Assembly (NCBI GenBank): GCA_050743145.1
Contig: JBOGDU010000115.1
Span: 1-40,830, forward strand
Length of the DNA stretch: 40,830 nucleotides
Source of the DNA: Jiangellaceae bacterium
GTDB lineage: Bacteria > Actinomycetota > Actinomycetes > Jiangellales > Jiangellaceae
Reading direction: 5' to 3'
Below the pieces are notes generated by a model, which made no database searches, was not told the origin of the DNA, and saw nothing but the letters and a program-made list of their open reading frames with translations. The position numbers and the translations under genes are program-made. Shown here piece by piece: positions 24,132-31,954 of this stretch. How positions within the stretch are numbered: position 1 is the stretch's first letter; every line of letters begins with the position of its first letter.

Positions 24132-25598
24132 ATGCAGACGAGGCTGTTCGTCGGCGGCGAGTTCGTCGACGCCGTGGACGGCTCGACCATCGAGGTCCGC
24201 GACCCACACGACGGCAGCCTGCTGGCCGAGATAGCAGAAGCCCGGTCCGACGACGTCGACCGGGCGGTCCAGGAAGCGGCGGCGGCCTTCGACGACTGGC
24301 GGCTGACCCCGGCCGCCGATCGCGGTCGGCTCCTGCTCCGGCTGGCCGATGCCATCGAGGCCGACGCCGACGCGCTGGCGCTTCTCGAGACGAGGGACAC
24401 GGGTCACCCCCTGCGGGACACTCGCGGCCTCGACGTGCCGCGCACCGCGGCGACGTTCCGGTACTTCGGCGGAATGGCCGACAAGTACCAGGGCTCTGTC
24501 GTCCCGGTCGAGCGTGGCTTCCTCGACTACGTGGTCCGGGAACCGCTCGGCGTGGTCGGGCAGATCGTGCCGTGGAACTTCCCGGTGATGTTCACCAGCT
24601 GGAAGATGGGCCCGGCACTCGCCGCCGGCAACACCGTGGTGCTCAAGCCGTCGGAGCTCACGCCGCTGAGCGCGTTGCGCGTCGCCGAGCTCGTCGCCGA
24701 TGTGGGCTTTCCCGCCGGCGTCGTCAACGTCGTCCCGGGCTACGGCCGGCTCGCCGGCCAGCGGATCCTCGACCACCCCGATGTGGCCAAGGTGTCCTTC
24801 ACCGGCTCCACCGACGTCGGCCGCCGAGTCGTCACCTCCAGCGCGGCCAACCTGAAGCGGGTACATCTCGAGTTGGGCGGCAAGGGCGCCAACGTGGTGT
24901 TCCCGGACGCCGACCTGGCCGCCGCCGTGGCCGGTACCGCGTTCGGAATCTTCCACAACCAGGGCCAGGCCTGCATCGCGGCGAGCCGGCTGATCGTGCA
25001 CGAGTCGGTCGCCGAGGAGTTTCTCACGGCGCTGGTCTCCCTCGCCGAGTCGATCCGCCTGGGTGACCCCAAGGCGGTGGAGACCGAGATGGGACCGCTG
25101 ACGTCGCCGCAGCACCGCGACCGAGTGTTGTCCTACGTCAAGATCGCGGTCGACGAGGGTGGCGAAGTCCTCACCGGCGGCGCACCACCCGACGCACCGG
25201 CCCTGGCCGGCGGGTGCTACGTGCGGCCGACCGTCGTCCGCGCGCAGCCGGGCAGCCGGGTCGCCGCCGAAGAGGTGTTCGGGCCGTTCATGACCGTGCA
25301 CACCTTCGACACCGACGAGCGGGCGCTCGAGCTGGCCAACGGGGTCGACTACGCGCTCGGCGCGGGCCTGTGGACCCGCGACCTGTCCCGCGCGCACCGG
25401 ATCTCCCGCGACCTGAGGGCGGGCATGGTCTGGGTCAACGCGTACAAGCGGGTCAACCCGGGCTCGCCGTTCGGCGGCATGGGGGCGTCCGGCTACGGAC
25501 GCGAGATGGGCTTCGAGGCGATGCACGAGTACACCGAGGCGAAGGCCGTCTGGATCAACGTCGACGCCCAGCTCCCCCCGTTCTACCCACGGGCCTGA
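24132..25598 (+). CDS. NAD(P)-dependent aldehyde dehydrogenase (4-hydroxymuconic semialdehyde dehydrogenase candidate)
   Basis: VPWNFP, LELGGKG (catalytic Glu), NQGQACIAASR (catalytic Cys) and EEVFGPF. Confidence 0.85.
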   Translation: MQTRLFVGGEFVDAVDGSTIEVRDPHDGSLLAEIAEARSDDVDRAVQEAAAAFDDWRLTPAADRGRLLLRLADAIEADADALALLETRDTGHPLRDTRGLDVPRTAATFRYFGGMADKYQGSVVPVERGFLDYVVREPLGVVGQIVPWNFPVMFTSWKMGPALAAGNTVVLKPSELTPLSALRVAELVADVGFPAGVVNVVPGYGRLAGQRILDHPDVAKVSFTGSTDVGRRVVTSSAANLKRVHLELGGKGANVVFPDADLAAAVAGTAFGIFHNQGQACIAASRLIVHESVAEEFLTALVSLAESIRLGDPKAVETEMGPLTSPQHRDRVLSYVKIAVDEGGEVLTGGAPPDAPALAGGCYVRPTVVRAQPGSRVAAEEVFGPFMTVHTFDTDERALELANGVDYALGAGLWTRDLSRAHRISRDLRAGMVWVNAYKRVNPGSPFGGMGASGYGREMGFEAMHEYTEAKAVWINVDAQLPPFYPRA

Positions 25599-25664
25599 GC
25601 GGCAGATCCGCCACGTCGTGACCGGGGGGTGCCGCACACCGCGCGGCAGAAGGAGGAAAACCCG

Positions 25665-26045
25665 ATGGCTCTCACCCGCCAGACCATGACCGACGAGCAG
25701 CGCAAGTCCGTCGCGCTCGAGTACCTCAAGGCCTTCGACAACGCCGGAGTCACCTCTACCGGCGGCAGCATCCTCGACCTGTTCGCCGACGACGCCCAGG
25801 TGTACTTCCCGAAGTGGGGCCTGGCTACAGGCAAGGACGAGATCGGACGACTGTTCGGCGACGTCGGCGCCACCATCACCTCGATCGTCCACGACTATGC
25901 GGCGTTCACCTGGATCTTCTCCGGCAGCGACCTGGTGGTGTGCGAGGGCACCAGCCACGGCAAGCACCGCGACGGACCGTGGCGCGCCGGCGGCAAGGAC
26001 ACCGAGCGCTACCCGTGGCTGGCCGGGCGGGACGGCTCCGGGTGA
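25665..26045 (+). CDS. SnoaL/NTF2-like small protein embedded in the catabolic operon
   Basis: RBS AAGGAGG is 8 nt before ATG 25665. EQRKSVALEYLKAFDNAG..VYFPKWG..FSGSDLVVCEGTSHG. Its stop overlaps the next gene's GTG (GTGA). Confidence 0.6.
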   Translation: MALTRQTMTDEQRKSVALEYLKAFDNAGVTSTGGSILDLFADDAQVYFPKWGLATGKDEIGRLFGDVGATITSIVHDYAAFTWIFSGSDLVVCEGTSHGKHRDGPWRAGGKDTERYPWLAGRDGSG

Positions 26046-27133
26046 AGGACTTCGTCCACGATGCTCCGGCCACGCGGGTGGTGTTCGGCGTGGGAGCGCT
26101 GTCCGCGGTTCCGGACGAGATCGTGCGTCTCGGCGGCGAGCGGGTGTTCCTCATCGGCGACCGGGCCGCGAAGGACTACTCCGACCAGCTCGCCGCAGCT
26201 CTGGGAACCCGGCTGGCCGACCGGGTGGATGACGTGGTCATGCACGTACCCGCCGAGGCCTCGGCGGTGGCCACAGCCCGGGCCACGGAGTCGGGCACCG
26301 ACCTGCTCGTGGCACTCGGGGGTGGGTCGGCGACCGGTCTCGCCAAGGCGGTCGCCAGGGCGGCATCGCTGCCCATCCTGGCGATCCCGACGACCTACGC
26401 CGGCAGTGAGATGACCCCGATCTGGGGGCAGACCGAGGGGAACCGCAAGATCACCGGGCGCGACCCGCGGGTCCTTCCGCGCACCGTCGTCTACGACCCG
26501 GAACTGACCGTCGGCCTGCCGGTCGACGTATCGGCGGCGAGCGGCATGAACGCACTCGCACACTGCGTGGAAGGTCTGTACTCGTCGGCAGCGAGCCCGG
26601 TCACGGCGGTGCTGGCCGAGGACGGCATCCGCGCCCTGGCCGACGCACTGCCCAGGGTGGTCACGAACCCGGCGGACCTCGACGCCCGAGGCGACGCGCT
26701 CTACGGCGCCTGGATGGCGGGCTGGGTTCTCGGCACGTCCGGCATGGGCGTCCACCACAAGGTCTGCCACGTCCTCGGCGGCGCCTTCGACCTGCCGCAC
26801 GCGGAGGTCCACTCCGCCGTGCTGCCCTATGCGACGGCGTTCAACGCGCCGTTCGCCGCCGAGGCGATGACGCGCGTGGCACGTGCGCTCCGGACCGACG
26901 ACCCGGCCGGCGGGCTGTGGGACCTCGCGTCCACGATCGGCGCTCCCACCTCGCTCGCGACGGTCGGCTTCCGGCGAGCCGACGCCGACCCGGTGGCGGC
27001 GATCGTCGCGGACGAGGCATCCGACAATCCACGCCCGGTCACGATGGAAGGCGTTCTGGAACTGCTGCTCGCCGCAAACGACGGGCACCGGCCCGACACC
27101 ACGACGACATTCGACCCGGAGGGGACCAGCTGA
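26042..27133 (+). CDS. Maleylacetate reductase (iron-containing alcohol dehydrogenase family)
   Basis: FVHDAPATRVVFG..LVALGGGSATGLAKAVA..GMNALAHCVEGLYS..HHKVCHVLGG. Confidence 0.8.
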   Translation: MKDFVHDAPATRVVFGVGALSAVPDEIVRLGGERVFLIGDRAAKDYSDQLAAALGTRLADRVDDVVMHVPAEASAVATARATESGTDLLVALGGGSATGLAKAVARAASLPILAIPTTYAGSEMTPIWGQTEGNRKITGRDPRVLPRTVVYDPELTVGLPVDVSAASGMNALAHCVEGLYSSAASPVTAVLAEDGIRALADALPRVVTNPADLDARGDALYGAWMAGWVLGTSGMGVHHKVCHVLGGAFDLPHAEVHSAVLPYATAFNAPFAAEAMTRVARALRTDDPAGGLWDLASTIGAPTSLATVGFRRADADPVAAIVADEASDNPRPVTMEGVLELLLAANDGHRPDTTTTFDPEGTS

Positions 27134-27295
27134 GGGCAGGCAGGCGCACCGTGTTCACGGTGCTCGCGACGGTGACGGCGGTGATGGCCATCCTGTTCAC
27201 GGTGGCGCTGCCGCGGGGACTGTGGGGCCTGGTCACCCGAGGCCGCCTGCGCCTCTTCCCCGCGGGCTACGAACTACGACCATAGGAGCGTCGCA

Positions 27296-28132
27296 ATGCC
27301 CGGACCGCTCACCGAGGACCAACTCACGGCCGAGGTCGTCGCCCGCCTGGACACCACTCGCGATCCCCGACTCCGCGAGATCGTCCAGGCTGCGGTGCGG
27401 CATCTGCACGCCTTCGCGCGTGAGGTCGGGTTGAGCGAGTCGGAGTGGCTCGCCGGGATCGGATTCCTCACCGCGGTGGGGCAGATGTGCGACGACAAGC
27501 GGCAGGAGTTCATCCTGCTCTCGGACACGCTCGGGCTGTCCTCACTGGTCGACATCGTGGCGCACGGCGCCGACGAGCACGCGACCGAATCGACGATCCT
27601 CGGGCCCTTCTATCTCTCCGGTGCTCCGTGGCGAGAGTACGGCGACACGATCGTGGAGTCCGACGACGACGGTGGTCCGACTCTGGTGACGGGACGGGTG
27701 CGGTCCGTAGACGGATCGCCCCTTCGCGGCGCGGTGCTCGACGTCTGGCAGACGGCGACGAACGGGCTCTATGCCGTGCAGGAGGACGCCCAGCCCGCCG
27801 GCAACCTGCGCGGGCGCTTCCGGGCCACCGACGACGGCCGCTACGCGTTCCGGACGGTCCGGCCGGTCAGCTACGCGATCCCCGACGACGGTCCGGTCGG
27901 TCGCCTGCTGCGGGCCTGTGGGCGGCATCCATGGCGAGCCGCCCACATCCACGCAATCGTCAGCGCCGACGGGCACCGGCCGGTCACGACGCACATCTTC
28001 GACCGCGACAACGAGTACCTGGAATCCGACACGGTCTTCGGTGTGAAGGACAGCCTGATCGAGGACTTCGAACCACAGCCCGACGGCAGCTACCTCGTCG
28101 AGCACGACTTCGTCCTGCGTCCGATGGGCTGA
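27296..28132 (+). CDS. Intradiol ring-cleavage dioxygenase (hydroxyquinol 1,2-dioxygenase-like)
   Basis: LGPFY, LDVWQTATNGLY, YAFRTVRPVSYAIPDDGPVG and RHPWRAAHIHAIV. Confidence 0.85.
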   Translation: MPGPLTEDQLTAEVVARLDTTRDPRLREIVQAAVRHLHAFAREVGLSESEWLAGIGFLTAVGQMCDDKRQEFILLSDTLGLSSLVDIVAHGADEHATESTILGPFYLSGAPWREYGDTIVESDDDGGPTLVTGRVRSVDGSPLRGAVLDVWQTATNGLYAVQEDAQPAGNLRGRFRATDDGRYAFRTVRPVSYAIPDDGPVGRLLRACGRHPWRAAHIHAIVSADGHRPVTTHIFDRDNEYLESDTVFGVKDSLIEDFEPQPDGSYLVEHDFVLRPMG

Positions 28133-28163
28133 GCGCTTCAACCACTCGGTGTATGGAAGCGCT
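28132..28163. terminator. Hairpin between convergent genes (8-bp stem AGCGCTTC/GAAGCGCT, 16-nt loop)
   Basis: Read directly: 28132-28139 pairs with 28156-28163. There is no U-tract and the loop is large. Confidence 0.3.
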
Positions 28164-28175
28164 GCAGCGCCGACC

Positions 28176-28613
28176 TCATCGTCCATCCCCCTCGAGCATC
28201 TCCTTGAGAACCTCGAGGTTGGCCGCAACCGCTGCCTTGACCCTGGCGACAACCACCGGTCCGGCCAGGCGCAGGGGGCCGCGCAGCTCCAGTTCGACGG
28301 AGTTCTGTAGCCGCGTGCTTCCCGCAACAGACTCGAGGACGTAGGACACGACGGCCGGGAACGGTCCGAGCCGTCCTCGGATCTCCAGTCGCTCCCCCGG
28401 CTCGTAGCGCGCCACCACAAAGGTCTCCTCGGTCCGGTTCGGAACCGAACGAGTCTGCCGGTAGGTGGAGCCCACCCCCACCGGCCCCGCCGACGTCTTC
28501 CTGGTCTCCACGATGGCGTAGTTCCATCTGGGCACGTTCTCGAAGTCGGCGAGAAAGGCGAAGACATCCTCGACCCGCCGGTGGATCACCACCGTGTTCA
28601 CGAAGGTGGGCAC
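28176..28613 (-). CDS. SRPBCC (START/polyketide-cyclase-like) family protein
   Basis: PTFVNTVVIHRRVEDVFAFLADFENVPRWNYAI. The start is GTG 28613, or GTG 28601 with a GTGA overlap with the fprA stop. Confidence 0.7.
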   Translation of the reverse strand: MPTFVNTVVIHRRVEDVFAFLADFENVPRWNYAIVETRKTSAGPVGVGSTYRQTRSVPNRTEETFVVARYEPGERLEIRGRLGPFPAVVSYVLESVAGSTRLQNSVELELRGPLRLAGPVVVARVKAAVAANLEVLKEMLEGDGR

Positions 28614-29986
28614 GTGCTCATGGTCGCAGGCGGCGCGCGTCGGGCGATCGCGAGCATGTCGTCGACGCTGCACACCTTCAGCCGCGGCCGGCCGCGCCTG
28701 GTGCCCTCCGCCGTCTCGTGGGCGTCGAGCAGCAGCCACTGGTCCCAGCGGAGGTACCGGACGCCACGACGTTCCAGCAGCGCAGTCACCGCGTCGGGAT
28801 CGGGCTCGGGCGGCCGCGGGAGCCGCGGAGCGTCGGCCAGCAGCGATCGGACCGTCTCCGCCGCATCGCCCTTGTTCGTGCCGATGACGCCCGTGGGCCC
28901 TCGCTTGATCCAGCCGGCGACGTAGACGCCGGCATGGTCGGGCCCGGCGACCCGACCCTCGTCGCTGGGGACGGTGGACGACACGTCGTCGAACGGGAGC
29001 CCCTGCAATGACCGCCCGGCGTACCCGACCGCCCGGAAGACGGCCTGCGCCGGCAGGCGCTCGCCCCGGCCGGACCCGACGAGTGCACCCTCCGAGTCGA
29101 TGGCCGTGCGCTCCACAGCCACGCCGTCGACGTGTTCCGAGCCGAGGATCTCGACCGGGCGAGTCCAGAACCTGAAGTGGACGCGGCGCGCGGCGCCGGT
29201 CAGCGGCCGGTTCGGCCACCCACGCAACACGTCGACGTTCCGGCGTGCTACGCGGTTCATCCCGACGGCCAGTTCGCTCGCCGGGTCGAGCTCGAGATCG
29301 GCCGGGTCGACGATGAGGTCCACGCCGTCGAGATCGGCCATCTCACGCAGTTCCAACGTGGTGAACTTGGCGTACGCGGGGCCGCGCCGCGAGAGCAGAT
29401 ACACGTCGGACACCGCGATCGACCGCCACGCCTCGAGCACATGGTGCGGAATATCGGTCGTGACGAGGGCCTCCGCGGGAGTGACGAGCATGCGGGCCAC
29501 GTCGAGGGCGACGTTGCCTGCGCCGACCACCACCACCTCCTGCGCGCCGAGAAACTCTCTGGCCGCGGCCCACGGGTGGCCGTTGTACCAGGCGACGAAG
29601 TCTGCGGCGGCGAAGCTGCCTTCGAGATGCTCGCCCGGGATGCCGAGGTTCCGCTCGTTCGCGGAGCCGGTGGCGTGGATGACCGCGTGGTAGTGACGGG
29701 CGAGGTCGTCGGCGGTGAGGTCGGTGCCATACGTCACGTTGCCGAGGAACCGCGCGTCCGGAGAGCTGAGGATCTCGGCGAGAACGGTGGACACAGACTG
29801 GATCTTGGGATGGTCGGGCGCCACTCCGTAGCGGACCAACCCGAACGGCACCGGCAACGCCTCGAACACATCGACGCTGACCGGCAGCGGGGCGGCCACC
29901 AGCGCGCCCGTCGCGTAGATCCCCGCAGGCCCGGCGCCGACCACGGCGACGCGCAGCGGGCCGTTCGATCCACCCGGTCGGTCCAC
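28598..29986 (-). CDS. fprA: FprA-type NADPH:ferredoxin (adrenodoxin-reductase-like) oxidoreductase
   Basis: VAVVGAGPAGIYA, GLVRYGVAPDHPK and VVVGAGNVALDVARML. GTG 29986 is preceded by GAGGA at 6 nt. The 462-aa length is similar to mycobacterial FprA. Confidence 0.8.
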   Translation of the reverse strand: MDRPGGSNGPLRVAVVGAGPAGIYATGALVAAPLPVSVDVFEALPVPFGLVRYGVAPDHPKIQSVSTVLAEILSSPDARFLGNVTYGTDLTADDLARHYHAVIHATGSANERNLGIPGEHLEGSFAAADFVAWYNGHPWAAAREFLGAQEVVVVGAGNVALDVARMLVTPAEALVTTDIPHHVLEAWRSIAVSDVYLLSRRGPAYAKFTTLELREMADLDGVDLIVDPADLELDPASELAVGMNRVARRNVDVLRGWPNRPLTGAARRVHFRFWTRPVEILGSEHVDGVAVERTAIDSEGALVGSGRGERLPAQAVFRAVGYAGRSLQGLPFDDVSSTVPSDEGRVAGPDHAGVYVAGWIKRGPTGVIGTNKGDAAETVRSLLADAPRLPRPPEPDPDAVTALLERRGVRYLRWDQWLLLDAHETAEGTRRGRPRLKVCSVDDMLAIARRAPPATMSTCPPS

Positions 29987-29996
29987 GTGCGGTCCT

Positions 29997-30410
29997 CTAC
30001 GCGGGGCGTCCGAGGTCGGCGGTGGACCGGACGTTCTGCAGCCGCACCTGGCCCCGCGCCGCCAGCCGTCCGTCCTCGTCCCAGATCTGGACCGACCACA
30101 GTTGCTGGGTGCGCCCACGGAACACGGGCAGTGCCTCGGCGCGCAGTTCGCCCGACCGCACCGCCCGCAGGAAGTCGGTCTGGTTCGCCACACCGACGAC
30201 GTGCCCGTCCTCGCCGAACCAGATCGAGGCCGCGACGCTGGCGAGCGTCTCGACGATGGCGCAGTGGACGCCGCCGTGCAGGATTCCGAACGGCTGGTGG
30301 AGCTGTGGCCCGACGGTCAGGTGCGCGGTGACCCGGTCGGCGGTGACCTCGTCGAGCTCGAGCCCGATCAGGTCGATGAAGTCGCGTGCGGGCTTCGCGG
30401 CAGGCGGCAT
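29997..30410 (-). CDS. PaaI-family hotdog-fold thioesterase
   Basis: LGLELDEV..LHQPFGILHGGVHCAIVETLAS..VQIWDEDGRLAARG. Confidence 0.8.
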   Translation of the reverse strand: MPPAAKPARDFIDLIGLELDEVTADRVTAHLTVGPQLHQPFGILHGGVHCAIVETLASVAASIWFGEDGHVVGVANQTDFLRAVRSGELRAEALPVFRGRTQQLWSVQIWDEDGRLAARGQVRLQNVRSTADLGRPA

Positions 30411-30479
30411 CTGGTCCTCACCAAGGTCGGCGGCGGTCCAGCCTACGGGAGCGGCCGCCGCGTCGGCCTGCGATGACCG

Positions 30480-31418
30480 TTGTCGCGGTACGCCGACGCA
30501 TCTCCAGAATCCGGTCCGACGGTGCTGCGGACCCTCTACCGTGACGACGTGCGCCTCCTCGACCTCCTGTCCGACGGCGCTCTGCTGCTGACCCTGTGGT
30601 CAACCGGGCTCGCCATCGGCATGTCGCTCGGCTTGCACGACGTCCTCGCCCCCCTACGGCGGACCGGCCTCGTGGCGCGGGCAGTGATCCTCGATGTGGC
30701 CGTGGTGCCGCTGCTCGTCTGGGCTCTCGTCGAGCTGCTGTCGATCCGCGAGGACTACGCGATCGGACTCCTGCTGGTCGGCTTCGCTTCGGCGGGACCG
30801 CTGGGGGTGAAGGCAGCGCAGATCGCGGGCGCCGACGTCGCCTGCGCTGTATCCCTGGTGGCCGTTCTCGAGGCCGCCAACGCGTTGGTCATCCCGCTGT
30901 GGGTCGGCCTGCTGATGCCGTCCGGCGTCGAGGTTCCGCTCGGTGAGCTGCTGGTCACGCTGGCGGTGCTGGTTCTGCTCCCGCTCGCGGTCGGCATGCT
31001 GGTGCGAGCGCGATCGCCGGGCTCGGCGCGACGCTGGGCCCCCGGAGCCATCATCGTGTCGAACATCTCGCTGGTGGTGGTGATCGCGTTGGTGATCGGC
31101 CAGAACCTCTCCACGCTTGCGGATGCGTTCGCCGCGGGGATAACGCCGGTGATCGTCACGGCAGTGGTCTTCGCGCTGGTGCTCGGTTGGCTCGCCGGTG
31201 GGCCCGACCGGTCCACGCGGGCAGTGGTCGCACTCGTCACCGGAGTGCGGGCAAACGCACTCGCCCTCGGCATCGGGCGAGCCTCGTTCCCGTCGGCCCC
31301 AGAAGTGAGCGTGGCGATCGTGGCGTTCGGTGTCTTCTCGGCACTCCTGCCGCTGGCTGCCGCGTTGGCCGCCCGCCGGATGCTGTCTCAGTCGGTCCGT
31401 GAGGCAACGACTGGATAA
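30480..31418 (+). CDS. Bile acid:sodium symporter (BASS) family transporter
   Basis: A polytopic membrane protein with GLAIGMSL..VILDVAVVPLL..GLLLVGFASAGPLG. The start is uncertain (TTG 30480 or a downstream GTG). Confidence 0.6.
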   Translation: MSRYADASPESGPTVLRTLYRDDVRLLDLLSDGALLLTLWSTGLAIGMSLGLHDVLAPLRRTGLVARAVILDVAVVPLLVWALVELLSIREDYAIGLLLVGFASAGPLGVKAAQIAGADVACAVSLVAVLEAANALVIPLWVGLLMPSGVEVPLGELLVTLAVLVLLPLAVGMLVRARSPGSARRWAPGAIIVSNISLVVVIALVIGQNLSTLADAFAAGITPVIVTAVVFALVLGWLAGGPDRSTRAVVALVTGVRANALALGIGRASFPSAPEVSVAIVAFGVFSALLPLAAALAARRMLSQSVREATTG

Positions 31419-31440
31419 AGCCCTCGGTCGCGCCGCCGTC

Positions 31441-31457
31441 TCATCCCAATCGGATGA
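31441..31457. promoter_or_regulatory. Palindrome copy D: TCATCC-CAATC-GGATGA
   Basis: Intergenic, 62 nt upstream of ATG 31520. It has the same half-sites and spacing as copies A-C, and the right flank is TG. Confidence 0.45.
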
Positions 31458-31519
31458 TGAGCGATCCCATGCCCTCTCTCTAAGTTACGACCTGACCAGC
31501 AAGAACCTGGGAGGAACGG

Positions 31520-31942
31520 ATGGACCAGAACGAGGGCACGACAACGCAGTACAAGGAGCCGAGCAGTGGGGCCGCGGGCCTCGTCGTTTTCGCTGCGATC
31601 TTGATGATCATGATCGGGGTGTTCCATGCCATCTCCGGTCTGGCCGCCTTGTTCGATGACACCTTCTACGTTGCGACGCCGAACTACCTGTTGGAGTTCG
31701 ACGTCACGACCTGGGGATGGATCCACCTGATCGCCGGAATCCTCGTCGCCCTGGCCGGTTTCGCCCTGTTCAGCGGGCAGACGTGGGCCCGGGTCGTCGG
31801 GATCACGCTGGCATTCTTGAGCGCCATCGCCAACTTCGCCTTCATCCCCTACTATCCGGTCTGGTCGCTGCTGATCATCGCCCTCAACGTATTCGTCATC
31901 TGGGCTTTGGCGGCTCATGGCCGCGTGTTGGCGGTCGAGTGA
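31520..31942 (+). CDS. Small integral membrane protein (DUF7144-like, 4 TM)
   Basis: RBS GGGAGGA precedes the start. GLVVFAAILMIMIGVFHAISGLAAL..TWGWIHLIAGILVALAGF..ARVVGITLAFLSAIANF. Confidence 0.6.
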   Translation: MDQNEGTTTQYKEPSSGAAGLVVFAAILMIMIGVFHAISGLAALFDDTFYVATPNYLLEFDVTTWGWIHLIAGILVALAGFALFSGQTWARVVGITLAFLSAIANFAFIPYYPVWSLLIIALNVFVIWALAAHGRVLAVE

Positions 31943-31954
31943 GGAGCGGTTCGT

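Noticed and set aside
28614-29219. Upstream extension of the SRPBCC ORF (28176..29219, minus strand)
   Set aside because: It lies in an alternative frame inside the fprA gene. SRPBCC similarity begins at GTG 28613/28601, at the fprA stop.
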